A stretch of DNA of 64,000 bases from NCBI GenBank assembly GCA_003649205.1, contig QMRC01000002.1:160001-224000 (forward strand), in the 5' to 3' direction. Shown here piece after piece: positions 18,724 to 27,998 of this stretch. The notes beneath the pieces are model-generated. The model was not told where the DNA came from and did not search any database. It was given only the letters and a program-made list of their open reading frames with translations. How positions within the stretch are numbered: the stretch's first letter is position 1; each line of letters begins with the position of its first letter. A program made the position numbers and the translations under genes. This DNA is from Thermoprotei archaeon (GTDB lineage Archaea > Thermoproteota > Thermoprotei > Thermoproteales > B15-G16).

Positions 18724-18869
18724 GTAACTTACACAACATATAAGACTTTACCTAAGTATCAGGATCAACTACACAAGTGTAAAAGAAATTTAAGACACAT
18801 AGGTACCTAGTTCAAGGTACAGCAACCTATTTAAACAACTCCTCAACACCACACGTAGGTGATTAACCT

Positions 18870-19427
18870 ATGTGCCCACTTAGACCAGGTAGATGCTATA
18901 GGCACTTTAGTGGACCACCATACACTAGGCTAGAGTACATACCAGGTGCACCACAGGTACAAATACCAAAGTTCGATCTAGGTAACGTAAATGGTAAGTT
19001 CGAGGTAGTGGTAAAGCTCGTAGCTGAGGAAAACGGTCAGATAAGAGCAAACGCACTTGAAGCAGCGAGACAGATGGCTCATAAGTACTTAGCATCTAAG
19101 ATAGGTGAGCAGAATTACCACCTAAGGTTAGTCACGTATCCACACCACGTACTTAGGGAGAACAAGATGTTAGCTATGGCAGGTGCAGACAGACTTCAGG
19201 AAGGTATGAGACTTGCATTTGGTACTCCAGTTGGTAGAGCAGCTAGAGTCTACAGGGGTAGTGTAGTGATGTATGTGAGGACTAGAAAGGAGTACATAGA
19301 TCATGCAAAGGAAGCACTGAGAAGAGCATCCTCAAAGATATCCATACCGTGTAGAATAGTTGTTGAAGAGCTATCAGAACCAAGAGGACCAGAAGGAATA
19401 GTTGGTTTCGTGAAAGTAGGTAGTTAG
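18870..19427 (+). CDS. rpl10e: 50S ribosomal protein L10e/uL16
   Basis: [39 protein letters not shown]. Confidence 0.97.
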   Translation: MCPLRPGRCYRHFSGPPYTRLEYIPGAPQVQIPKFDLGNVNGKFEVVVKLVAEENGQIRANALEAARQMAHKYLASKIGEQNYHLRLVTYPHHVLRENKMLAMAGADRLQEGMRLAFGTPVGRAARVYRGSVVMYVRTRKEYIDHAKEALRRASSKISIPCRIVVEELSEPRGPEGIVGFVKVGS

Positions 19428-19438
19428 AGTTTCCTACC

Positions 19439-20842
19439 TCACTGACCAACCTTAATTAACTTGTACCTCTCGTAGATTAGCTCTACAGTACCATCTTTAA
19501 TGTAGAATTCAACGTAGAACTTCCTACCCCATGAAGTGGTGTAGAATATAGCTCTCTCCTCACTTAACTCAATAGGTATTAGAGGTACAATGCTCTCCGT
19601 GTACCTATCTCTACGCTCTACATACAGGAAGTCACCACGTTTCCTAACGTAGAGCTTCATAGTACCCCTGTACGTCTCGTACGTACCCTCAAGTCTTTCA
19701 AGCAATCTCTCAGTTCTAATGAATGGTAGCTCCTTCTCAGGATCTCTACCCATCATTAGTGCGAGAGCGTACATCCCTATGTTTGAGAGCGGGTAACCAG
19801 ATGCATTAGCTAGTACTGCAACACCTATCCTCTCCTCCGGTACATAACCAATAAATGCGGTGTAGACCAGAACTGAACCACTGTGCTCAATCAATCTCCT
19901 ACCTAGGAAGTTCTTGTGAATGATTAGTCCGTACCCATAGTACTCCTCACCAAGAAGCTCAAAAGGTAGCTTTACATGTGGTTTCTCCATTAACTCTATC
20001 ATCTCTTTGCTGAGTACCTGTACATCACCTAACTTACCACGGTTAATGTACATCATTAAGTATCTCGAGAGATCCATTACATTGCTGAGTAAACCACCAT
20101 CAGCAGTTACACCATAGGGGAACTTACTAGCTATGTACCTACCCTCCTTATCCAGTATGTATGGCGTAGCTACGTCTGGGTCCTTCTCGACATCCTCCTT
20201 ATGGAAGTACGTTCTCTTCATACCGAGAGGCTCCAGAATTCTCCTCTTGACATAGTCCTCATACCTCATACCACTGACCCTGGAGATTATATACCCCAAC
20301 AGTACGTACCCTTCATTGAGGTAGAAGAACTTCTCACCAGGTCGTGAAACAGCCCACTTCTCTGAATCCCTCATGAATGAAATCACGTCCTCAGGTGAGG
20401 CTAGTGGTAGCCAAGTAGTATCGAGACCTAGTACACCAGATATGTAGGCTTCAGCATAGGCTAGTGCTGGGAGACCTGTCGTGTGAGTTAGGAGGTGGTG
20501 AACCCTTATTGGTTCTCCAAATGGCTTTATATCGAGAGGAACGTACTTACTCACAGGATCATCGAGAGATAGTTTCCCCTCCTCAACTAATTGAAGAGTA
20601 GCTATTGCTGTGAACGACTTAGTTACAGAGCCAATACCGTAGATTGTGTGAGGTGTTGCGTGTAGACCTTGATCCACATCTCTAAATCCAAATCCACGAG
20701 CATAGATAACCTCGCTATCCCTAACTAGAGCAATACTGAGACCAGGAATCTTTGTCTTAGCTATCTTCTCCAATATGAAAGACTCTAACTTACCTATATC
20801 TATGGATACCATGGTCTGAACCAAATTACAGGTTATAACCAC
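19439..20842 (-). CDS. Serine hydrolase, beta-lactamase class C family (Pab87-like peptidase)
   Basis: SVTK (SxxK), HLLTHTTG, YLN (YxN), HSG, plus a C-terminal beta domain. Confidence 0.87.
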   Translation of the reverse strand: MVITCNLVQTMVSIDIGKLESFILEKIAKTKIPGLSIALVRDSEVIYARGFGFRDVDQGLHATPHTIYGIGSVTKSFTAIATLQLVEEGKLSLDDPVSKYVPLDIKPFGEPIRVHHLLTHTTGLPALAYAEAYISGVLGLDTTWLPLASPEDVISFMRDSEKWAVSRPGEKFFYLNEGYVLLGYIISRVSGMRYEDYVKRRILEPLGMKRTYFHKEDVEKDPDVATPYILDKEGRYIASKFPYGVTADGGLLSNVMDLSRYLMMYINRGKLGDVQVLSKEMIELMEKPHVKLPFELLGEEYYGYGLIIHKNFLGRRLIEHSGSVLVYTAFIGYVPEERIGVAVLANASGYPLSNIGMYALALMMGRDPEKELPFIRTERLLERLEGTYETYRGTMKLYVRKRGDFLYVERRDRYTESIVPLIPIELSEERAIFYTTSWGRKFYVEFYIKDGTVELIYERYKLIKVGQ

Positions 20843-21118
20843 ATAAATAAAGATCTACCCTTTCACCAGATCTTCAGAACTCATAGCTAACACCATACAC
20901 ACCCTTATCCTAGTAACAGCACGTCCTACAACTAATAGGAGCATTAATGTACTTACTCAAGGACTAAATTCCACATACTAAGAGCAACTCTAGACATAAT
21001 ACTCGCAAACGAATTGAAGAGGTGACAACACTCGTAGAGGGTATGTACGGTAATGTGAACCCTACGCGTCAAGTAATTACTGGGTAAGAGATGAGAGCTA
21101 GTGATGAGACTCGCCCTA

Positions 21119-21167
21119 TCAGCTCCGCCGATTATCTTCACCACTCAGGGCAGCGAAGACTCATCAC
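21119..21167 (-). ncRNA. Box C/D sRNA candidate
   Basis: Minus strand: GTGATGA-gtcttcgctgcc-CTGA..GTGAAGA-taatcggcggag-CTGA. Confidence 0.8.
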
Positions 21168-21337
21168 CGGATGAGGATACAGCCGAAGGGGGAAAATAAA
21201 CTTCACCAATGCTTGAGTACAGGTAGGTAAACTATATAGGTGAAGAAAGTAGGTTGCTTAGCGCTTTACTTCACGCTAGTAACCTAGCCAGGATTATGTG
21301 CTAATCTTTATCTTTATGCCGATAAGTATTGTAAAGT

Positions 21338-21697
21338 ATGAGAGCACCGTGTGAATACATATCAAGGTTAGTGATACCAGCTATCAGGGCGCTAGTAGCT
21401 GCATACCTAGTGAAGGAGTATAAGCTCTCACAAGTCGAGATAGCGAAGAAGCTAGAAGTCACACAACCAGCAATAAGCTATTACCTGCATTCGAAGAGAG
21501 GTAAGCAAGCACTTGAATTACTTAAGAGCGATGAAAGGGTAATGAAGTTAGTGAAGGAACTAGCTGAGCACTTACGTAGTAATGAGAGATCATCTACGTT
21601 CCAAAAGTTCATATGTGAGATATGTGTCTACATAAGAAGTTCTGATGACTTATTTTCCGAGATAATGTCTCTAATGGACAGAAGGATGAGTAGGTAA
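21338..21697 (+). CDS. HTH transcriptional regulator (COG2522-like)
   Basis: PCE..PAIRAL..LSQVEIAKKLEVTQPAISYY..RG and a C-terminal CEIC. Confidence 0.8.
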   Translation: MRAPCEYISRLVIPAIRALVAAYLVKEYKLSQVEIAKKLEVTQPAISYYLHSKRGKQALELLKSDERVMKLVKELAEHLRSNERSSTFQKFICEICVYIRSSDDLFSEIMSLMDRRMSR

Positions 21698-21802
21698 CCT
21701 ACTTTGAACTCCTTACACGGATAAGCTATTGCAAGTTAAACTCTCCTATTTACTTCGACGATAGACTTATAGATATTCACAATTTTTTCAAAAGTTACAG
21801 CA

Positions 21803-22666
21803 CTACGTAAGTAACTCATCCATACTACCACTTCTGTATCCAAGTAGGTCCAGAGTAACGTACCTATACCCCAGCTTCATGAGCTCTCTGGCTACCCTGT
21901 CCATGACTTCACAGTTAAAGAACTTCCACCTCTCATCCCTTCCAACTTCAATTCTAGCTATGTACCCATGATCACGAACTCTAATCTGAGCAACACCTGT
22001 TAACTCTTTGACAATTCTCTCAGCTTTGGCTATTCTCCTCAGTCTCTCTAATGTAATAGCTTCACCATAGGGAATTCTCGTTGCAAGACATGCCATGGAT
22101 GGTCTATTCCAGTTAGGTAGCTCAAGCGCTCTCGCTAGTTCTCTAACTTCATCCTTTGTCACACCTACTTCAGCAAGTGGTGACTTCACATTCTCCTCAA
22201 GTAGAGCGCGGTAACCAGGTCTACGGAGCTTCAAGTCGCTAGCATTAGTTCCATCAACTACAGCTATCGCACCAAATCTAGTAGCGACTTCCTTCATGCT
22301 CCTAATGAGCATCTTCTTACAGTGGTAACACCTATCAGGTGTATTACGAATGAACTCAGGATCGTTCAATACATTAACCTCAATCATTACGTGTCTAACA
22401 CCTAAGGAGCTAGCTACCTTCCTAGCCCACTCTAGATCTTCAGGTGGTTGAAGAGGTGATGTACATGTAACAGCAATTACATTATTCAAACCGAGAGCTA
22501 GAATAGCTACCTTCAAGACAACAGAACTATCTACACCACCTGAGAAGGCAATAATGATAGGTCCACCACACTTTCTAAACCAGTTAACTAAGTTCCTGAA
22601 CTTACTGAGTAAATTACTGCTTAATCTAGCTTCAACCTCCGTAATAGCTACACACATGGATTTCAA
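21803..22666 (-). CDS. larE: LarE-family ATP-dependent sulfur transferase
   Basis: AFSGGVDS, RCYHCK, DGTNASD, RPG, ACLATRIPYG, IRVRDH, GYRSGSM. Confidence 0.9.
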   Translation of the reverse strand: MKSMCVAITEVEARLSSNLLSKFRNLVNWFRKCGGPIIIAFSGGVDSSVVLKVAILALGLNNVIAVTCTSPLQPPEDLEWARKVASSLGVRHVMIEVNVLNDPEFIRNTPDRCYHCKKMLIRSMKEVATRFGAIAVVDGTNASDLKLRRPGYRALLEENVKSPLAEVGVTKDEVRELARALELPNWNRPSMACLATRIPYGEAITLERLRRIAKAERIVKELTGVAQIRVRDHGYIARIEVGRDERWKFFNCEVMDRVARELMKLGYRYVTLDLLGYRSGSMDELLT

Positions 22667-22747
22667 CCACAGGTACAGTACCTAAGAGTATATGAACGAG
22701 CTTTTAAATATCTGAGTTACTAATTCATGAGGGCTGGAGGTGTAGTG

Positions 22748-23098
22748 ATGAGTAAAGACCAGGTAATTGGAATAGCTCTACTAATAGCGTCAATAGTGGT
22801 AATTCTAGTGTATGGTTACTTAGTCTTCTTTCCACCACCGCTCTACGTTATGGGTGTTAGTGTAGATATCTTCGTCCTAAAGCTAACAGGATTCATAGCG
22901 ATACTAGCTGTCTTCGGTATCATGGCGTGGATAGGGTATACACTAGCTACAACACCGCCACCAAAACCAATTGAGGAAGTAGAGAAGGAAATTGAGGAAG
23001 AGCTCAAGAAGTTAGAGGAGGAGTTGAAGAAAGAGGAGAAGAAGGAAGAGGAAAAGAAGGAGGAGAAAGCAGCAGAGGAAGGAGAGAAAACACAGTAA
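22748..23098 (+). CDS. Conserved archaeal two-TM membrane protein with acidic coiled-coil tail
   Basis: MSKDQVIG, two hydrophobic helices, WIGYTLATTPPPKPIEE; ATG at 22748 follows a GGAGGTG SD. Confidence 0.75.
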   Translation: MSKDQVIGIALLIASIVVILVYGYLVFFPPPLYVMGVSVDIFVLKLTGFIAILAVFGIMAWIGYTLATTPPPKPIEEVEKEIEEELKKLEEELKKEEKKEEEKKEEKAAEEGEKTQ

Positions 23099-23116
23099 GT
23101 GAACTAGGTACTCACC

Positions 23117-23944
23117 CTACATATGCGCAATCTCGTGTATTGAAACAACCTTCACTCTTCGTAGTAATAGTACATTCCCGAGTAGTAGAGCTATGTACCA
23201 CAGCATGAGAGAGAACAATGCTAACCTCAAATCAACTAGTTCAATCTCTGCACCACCGAAGAAGTACTCGAAGTACCTACCTATCGGTGGTACCTTACCG
23301 AGGAATGTGTAGCACACTATGGATGCATAGGCATGGAATGGATTCACGTAGGTAGCTACTACACCGAAGTCTGTCCAGAGAGCTGCGTACGCTACAAATG
23401 CTATCATTAGTGGTAGCATAGCGATGAAGGTTAAGCTCTTGGGTTTACGGATGGCGAAGACTAGTAGACCTAGATCGTACGAGAGTAGGTGTGCTAGAAT
23501 GCCACCCATGACCAATGCGCCAAAGAGCATTAGTGGGTACTTCGGCACTACCCATACCCTGTACTTAATCCATGTAATAACCATTGTTGAGATGTAGAAT
23601 ATAGCTAAGATAATCAGAAACACGACTAAGTTAGCTGCGAAATCCTCTATAGCGTACCTCCTAGGACTTAACTTCGTGAACTTCGTTACATATCGTGCAC
23701 CTGCTATCTGAAATGCGGAAGAGTAGGTCAATGATATAGCTACAGAAGCTGCTGCTATCAATCCTAAGAATGCAAATGCAGTTGCAGTATTTGTTTCGAC
23801 ATACTCTATCGGTACCTCACCTCCCTCCCTACTGAAGACAAAGAACCACATTATGAGCCAGAACTCTACGAAGAATACCGACCAAAACAATAGGTGCTTA
23901 TTCGTTACCAAGGACTTAACCTTTAGCTTCAGGAACAAAGTCAT
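23117..23944 (-). CDS. ABC-2-type exporter permease (putative)
   Basis: About 6 TM helices; translationally coupled to the ABC ATPase. Confidence 0.65.
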   Translation of the reverse strand: MTLFLKLKVKSLVTNKHLLFWSVFFVEFWLIMWFFVFSREGGEVPIEYVETNTATAFAFLGLIAAASVAISLTYSSAFQIAGARYVTKFTKLSPRRYAIEDFAANLVVFLIILAIFYISTMVITWIKYRVWVVPKYPLMLFGALVMGGILAHLLSYDLGLLVFAIRKPKSLTFIAMLPLMIAFVAYAALWTDFGVVATYVNPFHAYASIVCYTFLGKVPPIGRYFEYFFGGAEIELVDLRLALFSLMLWYIALLLGNVLLLRRVKVVSIHEIAHM

Positions 23945-24738
23945 GAACTCACCTCCATAGCTAACTCATATACCCTGTCAAGAGTTATGAGATCTGTCAA
24001 GGCCTTACCCTCACCAGTCTCAACAATACTGAATTCCCTACCACTTATAGTGAATGTGAGTAGTGCCTCCTCTACCCTATTCGGAACTAATTTACTACGC
24101 TGTAGCTTCTCGACGTCAATTCTACCGTAGACTCTACCCTCGAACATCAGGTATGCAGACCATGTACGTAGAGCAGGTATGAGCCAAGTCTCATGTGTAC
24201 TAATGATGATGGTACCTCTGTACTCAGTAATCTTCTTGAGGAGCAGAGCCTTCCTAGCTGGATCAAGCTGCTCAAAAGGCTCATCTAATACTACATGCTT
24301 TGCGCAAGAACACAGAGCTAGTACACTTGTCACAATCTTTCTTTGACCAGCAGATAACTCCCATAACTTTCTCCTATTGATATCCCTAGGCTTAAGACCG
24401 AATTCCTCAAACATAGCTAGTGCCTGATCTAAGTCGCCACCTGTTAGATCCATGAATAACCTAGCTAAATCCCGAACACTAACTCCTAACATGGCGTAGA
24501 CATCCTCTACATTCGTAGCCACTAGTCCTGGTTCGCCATATATACTACGTAGATCCTTACCATCAATCACCACTCTACCACTATCAATAGGCACTAGACC
24601 AGTGATTACCTTGATTAATGTCGTCTTACCAGAACCATTAGGTCCTAGGAGCAGGTGCTTTGAGTCAAAGACACAGCTAATTCCGTGAAGGACTTCCTCA
24701 CCATCGTACCCAGCATGTACCTCCACCAATTCTATCAT
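23941..24738 (-). CDS. ABC transporter ATP-binding protein
   Basis: GPNGSGKT, LSAGQ, LDEP, STH. Confidence 0.9.
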   Translation of the reverse strand: MIELVEVHAGYDGEEVLHGISCVFDSKHLLLGPNGSGKTTLIKVITGLVPIDSGRVVIDGKDLRSIYGEPGLVATNVEDVYAMLGVSVRDLARLFMDLTGGDLDQALAMFEEFGLKPRDINRRKLWELSAGQRKIVTSVLALCSCAKHVVLDEPFEQLDPARKALLLKKITEYRGTIIISTHETWLIPALRTWSAYLMFEGRVYGRIDVEKLQRSKLVPNRVEEALLTFTISGREFSIVETGEGKALTDLITLDRVYELAMEVSS

Positions 24739-24805
24739 ACTTTAACCTCGAACTAGAGTTGGGTACTAACCCCTTAAAAAGTGGATGGATATCTCCTAAA
24801 TTGTC

Positions 24806-24907
24806 GTGAAGGTAGTGGTCTGTGGTAAGGGTGGTACTGGTAAATCGTCGACGGCTGCTCTTAACGATATTAGTACCATAGTGAATAGGTTACTGTCAGT
24901 ACGTTAG
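24806..24907 (+). pseudogene. 33-codon remnant of a CooC/MinD-type P-loop ATPase
   Basis: Translates as VKVVVCGKGGTGKSSTAAL, then degenerates to a stop. Confidence 0.6.
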
Positions 24908-24942
24908 ATGTTCAGCGAGATTGATTGTATTTGTAAAGAAAT

Positions 24943-25063
<121 letters not shown>

Positions 25064-25161
25064 TCTTCACGAATTGGTGCCTACATGGGGTATTTATCAT
25101 TATCTTCTTTAACTTACTTTGCTCCTGCTGTGTGTAGCTGCTTTAGCTAAGTTTAAATCTC

Positions 25162-25839
25162 GTGTGTACCTTCCTCACATGGTCTATGAGTGAGGTATCT
25201 GTGGTATCACTTGACTTTGCAGGAACTATAGCTCCTAAGGACTTTATTGACTACTTCTGGCTTACATTGATTCCTAAGTTCTACTCTCTTAAGTATGGTG
25301 TTGGTATTGAGGAGGCTTACAGGTACGTAATTTCGGAGTACGAGAGTGTTAGTACTGATGATGTTAATTGGTATCTTCCCAACTATTGGCTTGAGAGATT
25401 TGGTCTCATCGAGTATAGGGACGTGATGCTGAGTATGCTCAATGACTACGTTACTGTGTATAGTGAGGTTCCTACTGTTCTCACTAAATTGAGGGAAAAT
25501 GGTATTGAGATTGTTATTGTGAGCAATACAGCTATTGAATTCATTGATGTCTTCTTCAATAAGTATGGTGAATTGAGGAAGTTTTTCTCTAAGGTGTATT
25601 CATGTGTTTCGCACTTCGGCATACCACGTAAGTCAAAGGAGTTTTACTTGCGAGTTATTGAAGATCTCGGTGTGAAGCCCTCTAATGTAGTTCACGTCGG
25701 TGATGATGTAGTCTATGACTTTGAGGTACCTCGTTCACTAGGTATTAAGGCGTACCTACTTGATAGATCTGGAAAGAGAAAATCTCCCCTCACAATTAGT
25801 TCTCTTACAGAGTTGCTTGATCTAGTGCTGAAGAAGTAG
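25162..25839 (+). CDS. HAD-superfamily hydrolase
   Basis: SLDFAGT, VSN, K, HVGDD..D motifs. Confidence 0.85.
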   Translation: MCTFLTWSMSEVSVVSLDFAGTIAPKDFIDYFWLTLIPKFYSLKYGVGIEEAYRYVISEYESVSTDDVNWYLPNYWLERFGLIEYRDVMLSMLNDYVTVYSEVPTVLTKLRENGIEIVIVSNTAIEFIDVFFNKYGELRKFFSKVYSCVSHFGIPRKSKEFYLRVIEDLGVKPSNVVHVGDDVVYDFEVPRSLGIKAYLLDRSGKRKSPLTISSLTELLDLVLKK

Positions 25840-26403
25840 TAGCATTCCATGGACTATGCAGTAGAGCGCAATGGAAATCAGTGCTACTGCAGCTACTGTG
25901 GTTACGTACCTTCTATAGCTAGTTAGTACACTCGATATCTGGGATGCTGCTAGGAAGCTAAGTACGTCGACGAGGGTGAGTGCTGTGAAGGTCGCTAGGA
26001 ATACCTCGAGTACTCTCCTACCTATTAGACCGAGTGTAATTGAGGTTATCTGCGTCTTATCGCCTAACTCCATTAATGTGAAGACTACAGGTAGCTTACC
26101 CAGGTTACCTACTAGAACTCCTGAACTCACTTCTTTAAAGCTCCTAGCTAGTAGGTACGTCAGGTAGATACCTGCTGAAAGTTCGAAGAGACCCTGTACT
26201 TGATGAGGTAGGTTAAGTAGTAGCTGTACGAGGATAGCATTTACTGTGGATACAATGAGTATGGAGAGGAGTAAATACGTGAGCGCTCTCCAAGTTTTAC
26301 CTCTGTGGACTAGACCGAGAGCTATAGCTGTTAGCTGAGTCTTGTCACCTAGCTCCATTACAGCTATGGACGATGTCAGTACTAGGTACGTAGCTACATC
26401 CAC
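25822..26403 (-). CDS. TMEM165/GDT1 (UPF0016) family cation transporter
   Basis: Two ELGDKTQ signature repeats in hydrophobic halves. Confidence 0.9.
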   Translation of the reverse strand: MDVATYLVLTSSIAVMELGDKTQLTAIALGLVHRGKTWRALTYLLLSILIVSTVNAILVQLLLNLPHQVQGLFELSAGIYLTYLLARSFKEVSSGVLVGNLGKLPVVFTLMELGDKTQITSITLGLIGRRVLEVFLATFTALTLVDVLSFLAASQISSVLTSYRRYVTTVAAVALISIALYCIVHGMLLLLQH

Positions 26404-26503
26404 CTAAGTCACCTTATCAACCTCAGGTACCTAAGCTACTTCTCTTTTTCTGCAAGACAACCTTATCACAGAGTTTGACCTAACATCTAGATGGGTTTTA
26501 GTA

Positions 26504-27997
26504 ATGAGTTACTGTACACGCATACTTGAGGGTATTGGGACAGAGATCGGTTTTGTAGCAAGTGGAGCAACTGCGTACGCAGTACCTGTTGTCATCAGCA
26601 AGAAGTACGAGCACATGATATCAGATGAGCAGCTCGTGATAATTCACGATACACACTACCCAAGTACTCTCTTTCTCGGTGTATTGAGGAAGTTGACGAG
26701 GTATGAACCGTTTCTCCGTGAAAGGGTAAGAACTGTCTATGTAGATTACCCAGAGCTGATTAGTGAGAGCGAGCTCTACACTTTTACCAATGTAGTAGCT
26801 CTCCTCTACGCTGAGCTAGATACCAAGGAAGGGGTTGCTCATGAATGTATTCACGCTCCATTCCCTGGATCAAAGGTTTACCTAGTTGAGAGAGGTGAGT
26901 ACTTGAGTAAGTTCCTAAGGGTCAATAATGCTCTTGAGGTTGGAGTACATAAGTTCAGTGATTGGGTACTACCACTTGATCCAAAGTACTTAACATATCA
27001 CGTAGGTGTTTTTGGTGCTACTGGAACAGGTAAGTCACGTCTCATAAAGGCTCTCATAGATGAGATCCTTAAGAAAACTGACTACTCGGTAATAGTGTTT
27101 GACCATACAGGTGTTGACTACGTTCCCTTCTATCGAGATTACGTAGTACCTTCAGATACCATTAAGATATCTCCTCCACTCATAGCATCTGTCATAGCTA
27201 AGCTAGCTAACCTATCTTGGAGTACCTATGGGGATTACCTCGAGATTACGTGTATGGAGTACGTTACCGGGGGTAAGAGAAGTAGTAAACAAGTTCAATT
27301 ACAGAGTATTTGCCGGGAAGTCAATAACGGTATCGTCCTTGGGGGTTGTTGGAGTAAGAAGAAATTCATTGAGAAATTAACTGCGAACATCACGAATCTG
27401 GGTGGTAGGAGAGCTACTGCTAGGAAGGCTGAGCTATTCATCGACTACTACCTAGATGATTCGTTCTTTGACTCACTCAATCAGAGGGTTTTACCTCCAA
27501 AGTACATTGTTGAGAAGGCTCTTCGTGAGAGATTGGTTGTTGTCGATTTGAGTAGGGATAGAGAGCTTGCTATCAAGCAGGCTATAGTTAAGGACGTTAT
27601 GGAGGAAGTATGGAGGTTAGTGAAGGAGTATCAGAGACCTGTTAAGGTGGGTATTGTCATTGATGAGGCGCAGAACTATGTGTCTGAGGAGTGGAGTATC
27701 TGTGGTGATGTAATCGAGACAACTGTTAGGGAGGGTAGGAAGTGGCAGTACTTCGTAATTCTCGCTAGTCAGCGAGTTGCTAGAGATATTCGACCGTCGG
27801 TTAGAGCTAACTTGGGTACGGTATTCTTCTCAAGGTTACAAGCAACTGGTGATCTACGTGAACTAGGTGGGTACCTCGATCTTGGCGGTGTGACTGAGGC
27901 TTCACTAGCTCAGTTAGGTACTAGGGAGTTCTTCGTTGCTGGCCTCATGAATCCACTACGTAGACCAATACTCATTAAGGTACGAGAGGTGAGCTAG
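26504..27997 (+). CDS. HerA/FtsK-family ATPase
   Basis: HVGVFGATGTGKS, VFDHTG, IDEAQNY, REGRK, ASQR. Confidence 0.85.
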   Translation: MSYCTRILEGIGTEIGFVASGATAYAVPVVISKKYEHMISDEQLVIIHDTHYPSTLFLGVLRKLTRYEPFLRERVRTVYVDYPELISESELYTFTNVVALLYAELDTKEGVAHECIHAPFPGSKVYLVERGEYLSKFLRVNNALEVGVHKFSDWVLPLDPKYLTYHVGVFGATGTGKSRLIKALIDEILKKTDYSVIVFDHTGVDYVPFYRDYVVPSDTIKISPPLIASVIAKLANLSWSTYGDYLEITCMEYVTGGKRSSKQVQLQSICREVNNGIVLGGCWSKKKFIEKLTANITNLGGRRATARKAELFIDYYLDDSFFDSLNQRVLPPKYIVEKALRERLVVVDLSRDRELAIKQAIVKDVMEEVWRLVKEYQRPVKVGIVIDEAQNYVSEEWSICGDVIETTVREGRKWQYFVILASQRVARDIRPSVRANLGTVFFSRLQATGDLRELGGYLDLGGVTEASLAQLGTREFFVAGLMNPLRRPILIKVREVS

Positions 27998-27998
27998 A

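Noticed and set aside
20953-21144. 63-aa minus-strand ORF
   Set aside because: Starts inside a well-formed C/D sRNA and has no motif; probably spurious.
22970-23098. GAG/AAG-rich repeat
   Set aside because: Coding sequence of a Glu/Lys tail, not a mobile or regulatory repeat.
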